Origin: Cupriavidus necator
Lineage (GTDB): Bacteria; Pseudomonadota; Gammaproteobacteria; Burkholderiales; Burkholderiaceae
Direction of reading: 5' to 3'
Length of the DNA: 32,000 nt
Assembly: GCF_016127575.1 (NCBI RefSeq)
Contig: NZ_CP066019.1
Coordinates: 2,460,001 to 2,492,000, forward strand
Shown: positions 8,716 through 16,437 of the stretch, in pieces
How the letters are laid out: every line of letters begins with the position of its first letter
Position numbering within the stretch: the stretch's first letter is position 1
Position numbers and translations under genes: made by a program
The notes under the pieces: model-generated
What the model saw: only the letters and a program-made list of their open reading frames with translations
Database searches by the model: none
Told to the model about the DNA's origin: nothing

Positions 8716-10137
8716 ATGAAAGCCTCCACCAGCATCCACCTGCTGCTGGCACTGGCCGCCGCCAGCCTGGCCGGCACGGCCAGTGCCGAAACCATCCGCG
8801 TTGCCATCGGCACGCAGGACACCACCATCAACTGCGCCACCGGCGGCCTGCTGATCCGCGAACTGAAGCTGCTCGACAAGTACCTGCCCCGCACCGGCAA
8901 GTACAAGGACGTCACCTACGACGTGCAATGGAAGAACTTCACCTCCGGCCCGCCGCTGACCAACGAGATGGTGGCCGACAAGCTGGATATCGGCGCCATG
9001 GCGGATTTCCCCGGCTCGCTCAATGCCGCTGCCTTCCAGAAGGCCGGCAAGAAGAGCCTGTTCATCGCGCCGCTGTCGGGCAACGCGATCGGCACCGGCA
9101 ACGGCATCGTGGTGCCGGCGGATTCGCCGGTCCAGTCGCTGGCGGAGCTCAGGGGCAAGACCATCTCGGTGCCGTTCGGCTCCACCGCGCACGGCATGCT
9201 GCTGCGCGCGATCAAGCGCCAGGGCTGGGACCCGGACAAGGACGTGACCCTGGTGTCGCAGTCGCCCGAGGTCGGCGGCTCGGCGCTGCAGGCACACAAG
9301 GTGGACGGCCATGCCAACTTCGTGCCCTTCCCCGAGCTCTTTGTCTTCCGCGGCTTTGCCCGCAAGATCTATGACGGCGCCCAGGCCGAGGCCCCCACCT
9401 TCCACGGCGCGCTGGTGAACGCGGAATACGCGCAGAAGTACCCGGAGATCGTGGTGGCCTACCTGCGCGCCGCGATCGAGGCCGACCGCCTGATGGCGGC
9501 GGAGCCCGAGAAATACAGCGAGCTGATTGCCCGGGTGACCGGCATCGACGCCGAGGTGGACTACCTGTTCCATGGCCCGCTCGGCCTGCAGAACCGCGAC
9601 TACACCTGGAAGCCGGAGTACCGCCAGGCGCTGCAGACCTCGATCGAGACGCTGAAGCTGCTCAAGCGCACCGATGCCGACCTCAGCGCCGACACCGTGA
9701 TCGACGAGCGCTACATCCGCGAAGCCTTCAGGCTGGAGGGGCTGGACTATGAAGCGCGCCTGAAGTCCTACGACAAACAGCCCCTCGCGGCGAAGGACGC
9801 GGGCAGCGGCAAACCCATCGCCGAGCCGAAGCTGGCCGCGCAGCTGTGGCTGCGGGGCGAGTCCAGGGTGCGCGCCTATGCCTCGCCGGCTGCAGCATTC
9901 GCCGCGCTCAGGCAGGCTGCAAAAGAGGGCAAGCAGGCGCGCGTGCTGTATGTGCATGACCGCAATACCGGCCTGAAGCTGCTGGCCAGCAAGGCGTGGT
10001 ACGTGCAGGACGGCAAGGGGCAGGCGAGCGCCTTCCTGCTCAAGGGCTCAGCGGATGGCTGGGCAAAGGCCAATGGTGGCAATGTGCGGGACTTTGCCGC
10101 AGTCAGCGGCGCCGCGGTCGCCGTGGCCAGCAACTGA
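8716..10137 (+). CDS. Periplasmic ABC substrate-binding protein, NMT1/SsuA/TauA-like, with a ~100-aa C-terminal extension
   Basis: Sec signal peptide MKASTSIHLLLALAAASLAGTASA, then ETIRVAIG... type-2 SBP core. At 473 aa it is about 100 aa longer than typical members. Confidence 0.85.
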   Translation: MKASTSIHLLLALAAASLAGTASAETIRVAIGTQDTTINCATGGLLIRELKLLDKYLPRTGKYKDVTYDVQWKNFTSGPPLTNEMVADKLDIGAMADFPGSLNAAAFQKAGKKSLFIAPLSGNAIGTGNGIVVPADSPVQSLAELRGKTISVPFGSTAHGMLLRAIKRQGWDPDKDVTLVSQSPEVGGSALQAHKVDGHANFVPFPELFVFRGFARKIYDGAQAEAPTFHGALVNAEYAQKYPEIVVAYLRAAIEADRLMAAEPEKYSELIARVTGIDAEVDYLFHGPLGLQNRDYTWKPEYRQALQTSIETLKLLKRTDADLSADTVIDERYIREAFRLEGLDYEARLKSYDKQPLAAKDAGSGKPIAEPKLAAQLWLRGESRVRAYASPAAAFAALRQAAKEGKQARVLYVHDRNTGLKLLASKAWYVQDGKGQASAFLLKGSADGWAKANGGNVRDFAAVSGAAVAVASN

Positions 10138-10151
10138 CGCGGAGCGCGCCC

Positions 10152-10997
10152 ATGACCTCGATCAGCCTTGAAGCGGGGGCGCCCCCGGTGGCACCGGCCG
10201 CGCCGGGCGCGGCACGCGTGCGGCTGGCACGCTGGCTGGTGCGCCTGGCCGCGCTGGCCAGCTGCATCGTGCTGTGGCAGCTGGCCTCGTCCCACCGGGC
10301 CCACCTCGGCCTCGTCACCTTCGCCAACGTGCCCGCGCCCAGCGACGTGGTTCCGGCGGCCTGGCAACTGCTGCAGTCACCCAAGCTGGTGCTGCACCTG
10401 AGCAACAGCCTGTACCGCGTGTTTGCCGGCTTTGGCGCGGCGGCCGTGGCTGGCATCGTGCTCGGCATGGCGATCGGCCGCTCGCGCTGGCTGGAAGACC
10501 TGCTGCTGCCACCGCTGGAGGTGCTGCGCCCGATCCCCGGCGTGGCGTGGATTCCGCTGGCAATCCTGATGTTCCCGTCTTCGGAGCTGAGCATGATCTT
10601 CATCACCTTCATCGGGGCGCTGTTCCCGATCCTGCTCAACACCATCCACGGCGTGGAGCGCACCGACCCGCGCCTGGTCGCCACGGCGCGCAGCCTGGGC
10701 GCGCGCCGCTGGACCGTCTTCCCCGAGGTGCTGCTGCCCGCGGCGCTGCCGAGTATCGTCACCGGGCTGGCGATCGGCATGGGCACGTCCTGGTTCTGCC
10801 TGGTCACCGCCGAGATGATCGCCGGCCAGTACGGCATCGGCTACTACACGTGGGAGGCCTACAACCTGCAGAACTATGCAGACATCGTCGTCGGCATGCT
10901 CCTGATCGGTGCCTTCGGCATGGGCAGCAGCGCGCTGATCAAGCGCCTCGGCGCGTGGCTGATGCCGTGGACCCGCCTGCAGCAGGTGCGCGCATGA
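10152..10997 (+). CDS. ABC transporter permease (NitT/TauT family)
   Basis: Internal ATG 14 nt after the SBP stop. It is a multi-TM protein with an EAA-like loop (ATARSLGARRWTVFPEVLLPAALPSIVTG). Confidence 0.85.
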   Translation: MTSISLEAGAPPVAPAAPGAARVRLARWLVRLAALASCIVLWQLASSHRAHLGLVTFANVPAPSDVVPAAWQLLQSPKLVLHLSNSLYRVFAGFGAAAVAGIVLGMAIGRSRWLEDLLLPPLEVLRPIPGVAWIPLAILMFPSSELSMIFITFIGALFPILLNTIHGVERTDPRLVATARSLGARRWTVFPEVLLPAALPSIVTGLAIGMGTSWFCLVTAEMIAGQYGIGYYTWEAYNLQNYADIVVGMLLIGAFGMGSSALIKRLGAWLMPWTRLQQVRA

Positions 10998-11800
10998 CGA
11001 GCCAACCGATCCGCGCGGGCCACCTGCAGGTGCGCGGCCTGGATGTGGCGCTGGGCCAGGGCGATGCCGCCTTCACCGCCGTGCACCAGCTATCCATCGA
11101 CATTCCCGCCGGGCAGTTCGTCTGCATCCTGGGGCCGTCGGGCTGCGGCAAGTCCACGCTGCTGGGCGCCATCGCCGGACACCTGCCGGCGGCGGCGGGC
11201 GAGATCCTGCTCGACGGGGCGCCGGTGCGCGGCCCCGCGCCGGAGCGCGGGCTGGTGTTCCAGCAGCACTCGCTGTTCCCGTGGAAGCGCGTGCTCGACA
11301 ACGTCGCCTTCGGCCTGAAGATGCAGGGCGTGCCCACCGCCGAGCGCAAGCGCGAGGCGCAGGCCCTGCTGGACCTGGTCGGCCTGGGCGGCTTCGCGCA
11401 GCGCTACCCCGCCCAGCTTTCCGGCGGCATGCAGCAGCGCGCGGAGATTGCGCGCGTGCTGATCAACCGGCCGCGCGTGCTGCTGATGGACGAGCCCTTC
11501 GGTGCGCTCGACGCGCAGACCCGCGCCCATATGCAAGCCCTGCTGCTCGAGGTCTGGGCGCGGATGCGCACCACCGTGGTCTTCGTCACCCATGACATCG
11601 ACGAGGCGCTGTTCCTGGCCGACCGCGTGCTGGTGATGTCGCCACGGCCCGGACGCATCCTTGAAGATATCGCTATCCCCTTCGAGCGGCCCCGCCGCGC
11701 CGAGTTGATGACCGATGACGATTTCATCCGGCTCAAGCGCCGCTGCCGCGACCTGCTGCACGACCACACCCAGGCCAGCGCGCTCGCGACCGCCGCCTGA
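10994..11800 (+). CDS. ABC transporter ATP-binding protein (NitT/TauT family)
   Basis: Walker A GPSGCGKST, signature LSGGMQQR and Walker B LLLMDEPFGALD. ATGA overlap with the permease gene at 10994-10997. Confidence 0.9.
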   Translation: MTSQPIRAGHLQVRGLDVALGQGDAAFTAVHQLSIDIPAGQFVCILGPSGCGKSTLLGAIAGHLPAAAGEILLDGAPVRGPAPERGLVFQQHSLFPWKRVLDNVAFGLKMQGVPTAERKREAQALLDLVGLGGFAQRYPAQLSGGMQQRAEIARVLINRPRVLLMDEPFGALDAQTRAHMQALLLEVWARMRTTVVFVTHDIDEALFLADRVLVMSPRPGRILEDIAIPFERPRRAELMTDDDFIRLKRRCRDLLHDHTQASALATAA

Positions 11801-11824
11801 CCGCTATCGACCTGACTGCCATCC

Positions 11825-12823
11825 ATGCCGCAAGCTTCCACCCTGCCTGACGAATCCCTGTTTGATCTCGATCCCTCCATCGGCGCGCTGACGCTGCGCC
11901 TGGCCGACCCCGACCCTGCGGTGCGACGCGTGGCCGTGCTGCAACTTGCCGACCTGGAGGATGAAGACGGCGTGCCGCTGCTGCTGCAGCGCCTGCAATC
12001 GGACCCTGCCGAATCCGTGCGCGCGGAAGCCGCGCGCACGCTGGCCAGCTGGGAACAGGAAGCGGTCGTCCCGGCGCTGGCCGCGGCACTGGCCGACCCC
12101 AGCCGCGAAGTGGCCGAAGCGGCAGCACAGGGACTGTCGGAACTGAAGGCGCCCGCCTCCGGTGCCGCCCTGCTGCCGTGGGTCACGCACGGCGATCCCT
12201 TTGTCCGGGCGGCCGCGTGGCGCGGCCTGCGCGAGCTGCGCTATGCGGCCGGCTTCGATGCGGCCATGGCGGCGCTGTCCGACGCGGCCGCCCCGGTGCG
12301 CCGCGAAGCCGTGGCCGTGCTGGGCTGGCTCAGGCGCAGCGAAGCCCTGCCCGCGCTGGCACAAGCTGCGACCAGCGATGCCGATACCGACGTCAGGCGC
12401 GCCGCCGCCGGCGCGCTCGGCCTGGCTGCCGACCCGTCGGCGCGCGATGCGTTGCTGGCGGCCCTGCGCGACGGCGCCTGGCAGGTGCGGGAAGAAGCCG
12501 CGCAGACGCTGGGAAAACTGAAATTCCCTGAAGCCGTGGGCCCGTTGATCGACGCGCTGGAGGACCGCTACTGGCAGGTCCGCCTGCAGGCCGCCAGGGC
12601 TCTCGGCAAGCTGCGCGACCGCGCGGCGCTGGTGCCGCTGACGATGCAGCTGGCCCACGCCATCAGCAACCTGCGCAAGGAGGCCGCGCTGTCGCTGGGG
12701 AGCCTGCGGGATGCGGCAGCCGTGCCGGCCCTTGCCTCGGCCGCCGACGATGCCGATCCGGAGGTACGCAAGGCCGTACGCATTGCGCTGGCGCAGATCG
12801 GCGCGCCGGAGGCTCATGCATGA
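11825..12823 (+). CDS. HEAT-repeat (PBS-lyase-type) protein
   Basis: About 10 tandem ~31-aa repeats of the form D-x-x-x-x-VR-x-x-A-x-x-x-LG-x-L, for example DPDPAVRRVAVLQLADL, DGAWQVREEAAQTLGKL and DRYWQVRLQAARALGKL. Confidence 0.8.
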   Translation: MPQASTLPDESLFDLDPSIGALTLRLADPDPAVRRVAVLQLADLEDEDGVPLLLQRLQSDPAESVRAEAARTLASWEQEAVVPALAAALADPSREVAEAAAQGLSELKAPASGAALLPWVTHGDPFVRAAAWRGLRELRYAAGFDAAMAALSDAAAPVRREAVAVLGWLRRSEALPALAQAATSDADTDVRRAAAGALGLAADPSARDALLAALRDGAWQVREEAAQTLGKLKFPEAVGPLIDALEDRYWQVRLQAARALGKLRDRAALVPLTMQLAHAISNLRKEAALSLGSLRDAAAVPALASAADDADPEVRKAVRIALAQIGAPEAHA

Positions 12824-13095
12824 GCGGCGGCATGGTCGTACCCACGCGCCTGGAGCTCTCCCGCGCCAACGGCGCGCTGCGCGTCTACTGGCCAGACGGC
12901 CAGTGCCAGTCGCTGGACCCGGGCCGCTTGCGCGCAGCCTGCCGTTGCGCCGCCTGCCGCGGCAAGCCCTCGGAGGCCGGGCCGGGCGACACGCAAATCG
13001 TCGCCCTCGGCGAAATGGGCTATGGTGTGCAGATCGTGTTCAGCGACGGGCACGACCGCGGCATCTACCCGTGGCCGTACCTGCAGGCGCTGTAG
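12820..13095 (+). CDS. DUF971 (gamma-butyrobetaine hydroxylase N-terminal-like) small protein
   Basis: The 91-aa sequence LRVYWPDGQCQSLDPGRLRAACRCAACRG...VQIVFSDGHDRGIYPWPYLQAL matches the DUF971 pattern as I recall it. ATGA overlap with the HEAT gene. Confidence 0.75.
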   Translation: MSGGMVVPTRLELSRANGALRVYWPDGQCQSLDPGRLRAACRCAACRGKPSEAGPGDTQIVALGEMGYGVQIVFSDGHDRGIYPWPYLQAL

Positions 13096-13103
13096 CCGGG
13101 CGC

Positions 13104-13364
13104 TTACCCGCCCGCCAGCGCCTGCAGGATATGCACCTCGTCGGTTTCCTTCAATGGCGCGTCCAGCCGCATCAGCTGCGTGCGGTTGACGAAGACGCGG
13201 ATATACGGCCGCAGCTTGCCCTGCTCATCGACGATGCGAAAGCGCATGCCGGGGAACTGGCGGTCAAGGTCGTCGAGCAGCTCGGCGATGCTGGCGCCAC
13301 GGGCCTCGACGTATTCGCGCTGTCCGGTATAGGAGAAGAGCGGCGTCGCGATACGGACCTGCAT
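13104..13364 (-). CDS. MoaD/ThiS-family ubiquitin-fold protein ending in Gly-Gly (putative sulfur carrier)
   Basis: 86 aa from the internal ATG at 13364, with GGAGAA upstream. C-terminus is ...EVHILQALAGG-stop. Length and beta-grasp pattern are typical of MoaD/ThiS/CysO. Confidence 0.7.
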   Translation of the reverse strand: MQVRIATPLFSYTGQREYVEARGASIAELLDDLDRQFPGMRFRIVDEQGKLRPYIRVFVNRTQLMRLDAPLKETDEVHILQALAGG

Positions 13365-13391
13365 GGAAGTTCTCCGGTCGGCTGATGGCAT

Positions 13392-14549
13392 TCAGGCAGG
13401 GCGCGCCACGGTAACCGCGTAGACCTGCGGCAGGTTGCGGGCGATGCATTGCCAGCCCTCGCCTTCATCGGCACTGGCCCAGATCTCGCCGCCGGTGGTG
13501 CCGAAGTACACGCCCACCGGCGCGTGGCCGTCGGTGGCCATGGCCTGGCGCTTGACCGTGAACCAGCCTTGTTCGGCGGGCAGGCCGCGGTCCTGGCGCT
13601 GCCAGGTTTCGCCGGCATCGCGCGTGACATACGCTGCCGGGCGGCCGCCCGGGCTGACGCGCGGCCAGACGTCGCTGCCATCCATCGGGAACACCCAGAC
13701 CGTGCGCGGATCGCGGCAGTGGGCGACGATGGGGAAGCCGATATCGCCCACTTCCGCCGGCATGGCTTCGCCGATGCGTTTCCACACGCCTTCGCGGCGG
13801 TCCATGCGGTAGATGCCGCAATGGTTCTGCTGGTACAGGATGTCCGGGTCGGCGGGATGCTGCAGCATGCAGTGCGGATCCTGGCCGTACTCGGGATTGG
13901 GATCGGGCAGGAAGGTGGCGAGGCTGCCGCGGTTCAGCGGCTTCCAGTCCGCGCCGCCGTCGGTGCTCTCGAACACGCCGCCGCTGGACATGCCGATATA
14001 CAGGTGGCGCGCGTCGCGCGGATCGACCAGCACGGAATGCATCTTGGGGCCGTCGGGCGTGCCGTCCTGCTCGCCGCCGGTCCAGGTGCGCCAGTTCGGG
14101 TGGTCGTTGAAGCCTGATACCGGCTCCCAGGTCACGCCGTGGTCGGCGCTGCGGAACAGGCCCTGCGGCGAGGTGCCGGCATACCAGGTGCCGGGCTCGC
14201 TGGCATGGCCGGGCGTGAGCCAGAACACGTGGTCGACGACGCGGCCGGTCTCGCCCTCCGGGGCCTTGTCGAAGGCGGGCGGGCGCGCGGCTTCGGTCCA
14301 GTTGCGGCCGCCGTCGGTGGAGCGGAACACGGTCGGGCCCAGGTGGCCGGTGCGCGCCGCCATCAGCATGCGCGACGGTTCACGCGGGTCCTGCACGATA
14401 TGGTGGATGGTATGGCCGAGGAACGTCGGGCCCTCGATCTGCCAGCTGCGGCGCGCGGCGTCGCTGGTCAGGAACCAGGCGCCCTTGGTGGTGGCCACCA
14501 GCAGCCTGACGGGGCCGGTGTCGGTTTCGGGTGTGGGGGAAGTCGTCAT
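13392..14549 (-). CDS. BNR/Asp-box repeat beta-propeller protein (sialidase-fold, function unknown)
   Basis: 385 aa with AGGAG before the ATG. Five Asp-box-like motifs (S/T-x-D-x-G-x-x-W): STDGGRNW, SADHGVTW, STDGGADW, TRDAGETW and SADEGEGW. Confidence 0.8.
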   Translation of the reverse strand: MTTSPTPETDTGPVRLLVATTKGAWFLTSDAARRSWQIEGPTFLGHTIHHIVQDPREPSRMLMAARTGHLGPTVFRSTDGGRNWTEAARPPAFDKAPEGETGRVVDHVFWLTPGHASEPGTWYAGTSPQGLFRSADHGVTWEPVSGFNDHPNWRTWTGGEQDGTPDGPKMHSVLVDPRDARHLYIGMSSGGVFESTDGGADWKPLNRGSLATFLPDPNPEYGQDPHCMLQHPADPDILYQQNHCGIYRMDRREGVWKRIGEAMPAEVGDIGFPIVAHCRDPRTVWVFPMDGSDVWPRVSPGGRPAAYVTRDAGETWQRQDRGLPAEQGWFTVKRQAMATDGHAPVGVYFGTTGGEIWASADEGEGWQCIARNLPQVYAVTVARPA

Positions 14550-14740
14550 CTTGGCTCCTGCAAGAAGGCCGGTGAACGATGCTTTCTGAGTCTAGTACAT
14601 GTAGACAGTGTTCACAATTAAAGATGGCAGAGCTGTGGCCGGCAGGCCGGCCACAGCCACCATGATTACGAAGTAGCACGGAGTTAAAAGCGGAAGCCCG
14701 CAACTTGCCTGGACATTGCGCGCGAAGTGTGGCATAAGCA

Positions 14741-14959
14741 ATGTTCCCCCGATGCTTTCGCGCCCCGACACCCATGCTTCGCACTGTCCGCTTCGCCACC
14801 CTGAACCGCCCGGCCCTGCCGGCGGCAGGCGTGCGCGCCACGCAGCGCCCGGGCGCCGCCATCGACCTGGCCGACCGCTTCCACGCGTACGCCCAGGTCC
14901 GCCGCGCCGTGCTTTTCCTGGCCGTGCGGGCAGCTCGGGGCGCCACCCTCCAGTCCTGA
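14741..14959 (+). CDS. Hypothetical small protein (61-72 aa), uncertain
   Basis: It is the only frame in the 14550-15030 gap with host-like GC3 bias. No recognisable domain, no clear RBS, and an alternative ATG at 14774. Confidence 0.25.
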   Translation: MFPRCFRAPTPMLRTVRFATLNRPALPAAGVRATQRPGAAIDLADRFHAYAQVRRAVLFLAVRAARGATLQS

Positions 14960-15032
14960 GCTTTCCCGCACGGCCCATGTCGCGGATGCCATCCGGCACC
15001 CGCTTGATCATGCAGCCAGGAGAAAGCCAGAC

Positions 15033-15107
15033 ATGTCCCCGCTCTACCGCCATACCTTCTGCGCCATGGTGGCGCTTGCCGCCCTCTACCTGATCCTCAA
15101 TCCCTGA
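15033..15107 (+). CDS. Candidate 24-codon hydrophobic micro-ORF (MSPLYRHTFCAMVALAALYLILNP)
   Basis: AGGAGA sits 9 nt upstream of the ATG. GC3 is host-like and there is one predicted TM-like stretch. It ends 19 nt before the next gene. Absent from the ORF track because of its size. Confidence 0.25.
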   Translation: MSPLYRHTFCAMVALAALYLILNP

Positions 15108-15126
15108 GCCCCAGTGGAGTCTTGCC

Positions 15127-15750
15127 ATGGTGAATTTCCATGCCCTGCGCCTGCCGGCGCCGGCCCTGCCGCGCGCGCTCGAACTGCGCATCGACGTTGA
15201 GCTCGCGCCGGGCGATATCGAGCGCGAGCTGGGTGCCCTGCACGACCGCATCGGCCAACCCGGCGACTGCCTGCATGCGATGCCGGCGCTGCCCGCGGGC
15301 GCGCCAGGCCTGCGCCTGCGCTATCGCGAGGCCGACGGCGAGTACTACGTGTATGTGGAAGATGTGATGCAGCGCCGGCTGGCCGGTTATACCGTCTTCA
15401 ACCGGCTGATCGAGGTCGGCCGCCGGGCCGACCCATGGGTACGGGCGCCGCACACAAAGTTTGCGCCCGCTTACCAGCGCCGCGGCCTGGCTCGGGCGCT
15501 GTACCGCTGGGCGCTGGATGGCGGGCTGTGCCTGCTGAGCGGGGCGCGCCAGTCGGCCGGCGCCAACGCCCTATGGCAGGCGCTGGCCGCCGATTACCCG
15601 ATGGGCTATGTGGACTTGCGCCACAAGACGCTGACCTGGCTGGGCCAGGCCGTCGACGCGCCAGTGCGTGAGGGCCTGCATACGCGCATGCTGCTGCTCG
15701 GGCGCGGCTGGACCCTGGACGCGTTCATGGCCCGCACCGGCATGTACTGA
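15127..15750 (+). CDS. Hypothetical protein with a GNAT-like acetyl-CoA-binding motif (possible N-acetyltransferase)
   Basis: 207 aa with GGAG 8 nt upstream. YQRRGLARALYRWAL resembles GNAT motif A (Q/R-x-x-G-x-A/G). The functional call is weak. Confidence 0.6.
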   Translation: MVNFHALRLPAPALPRALELRIDVELAPGDIERELGALHDRIGQPGDCLHAMPALPAGAPGLRLRYREADGEYYVYVEDVMQRRLAGYTVFNRLIEVGRRADPWVRAPHTKFAPAYQRRGLARALYRWALDGGLCLLSGARQSAGANALWQALAADYPMGYVDLRHKTLTWLGQAVDAPVREGLHTRMLLLGRGWTLDAFMARTGMY

Positions 15751-15764
15751 GGCAGCGCGCCCGC

Positions 15765-15971
15765 TTACAGCCAGCGGATCGGCGCGGCCTCGCGTGCGTT
15801 GGCTACGTACAGGGTCCAGCCCTGGGCAAAGTAGGCGCGCACCCGCGCGGCCAGCGATTGGCCGCCGCCCACGCGGGCGTAGTAGGCAACATCGCGTGCC
15901 GGCTGGGCGGCGGGCTTCGATGCCTTGGCTTGGGCGGGCTGGCGATAGAGGGTGTCGGCGAGTACTTGCAT
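15765..15971 (-). CDS. Hypothetical small protein (68 aa)
   Basis: High-GC3 ORF convergent with the preceding gene. No recognisable domain. Confidence 0.4.
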   Translation of the reverse strand: MQVLADTLYRQPAQAKASKPAAQPARDVAYYARVGGGQSLAARVRAYFAQGWTLYVANAREAAPIRWL

Positions 15972-16437
15972 GGCGAATATCCTTTCCGGTTGGATGGAAG
16001 TTGGTGCGCCTCACGAGGCACATCCAGCCGTGGTTCGGCCCGGATCGGGAGGCAGTTCAGGGTTATCCCTAGTATAGAGAAGTTGCGCCTGAATCATCCG
16101 GGTCTGTACCTATAGGCCGTATATGGGGTGCGTGATAATGGCCGCCTGCCGCACGCGCCACCTGATGCCAATCCGCCAATCCAAGGTGCCCAATCGTCAC
16201 ATTCGATATTCCTCGATGCACATGCCGCGCATTGCCTGCCGGTGATGATGCATGGCGCGTGGTCACCTAGCCTTCAGCCTTGCCCGGATCGCGCCCGCAG
16301 AGGCACCGACAAGCGGCACACCGATAACAGCGGGTTGGCCAGGTTTGCGCCTCCAGCCCAGACCAGAACCACGTGAGACACGCCTGACGACAGTCCGTAC
16401 GACGGACGTTGCAGCGCCCGCAAGGAGACAGCTCATC

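Noticed and set aside
11825-12823. About 93-bp periodicity that might suggest a DNA tandem repeat or CRISPR-like array
   Set aside because: The periodicity is at the protein level (HEAT repeats). The nucleotide units are divergent and sit inside one continuous high-GC3 ORF, with no conserved direct repeats or spacers.
14590-14656. GTCTA-N7-TAGAC inverted repeat and the GC-rich hairpin CTGTGGCCGGC/GCCGGCCACAG (14633-14656) upstream of the BNR gene
   Set aside because: The structures are real in the sequence, but the first has 5-bp arms only. The second is a generic GC-rich hairpin with no U-tract and no clear associated gene end. I could not assign a function.
14716-15093. 125-aa plus-strand ORF and the 219-aa and 102-aa minus-strand ORFs in the 14550-15126 gap
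   Set aside because: Their translations are Pro/Arg/Gly-rich with no motifs, and their GC3 pattern is inferior to that of the 14741..14959 frame. They are treated as non-coding.
16024-16437. Purine (guanine/adenine) riboswitch upstream of the NCS2 permease
   Set aside because: I could not find the conserved three-way-junction core or the loop-loop motifs of the purine riboswitch on either strand. The region is reported only as an unexplained long leader.
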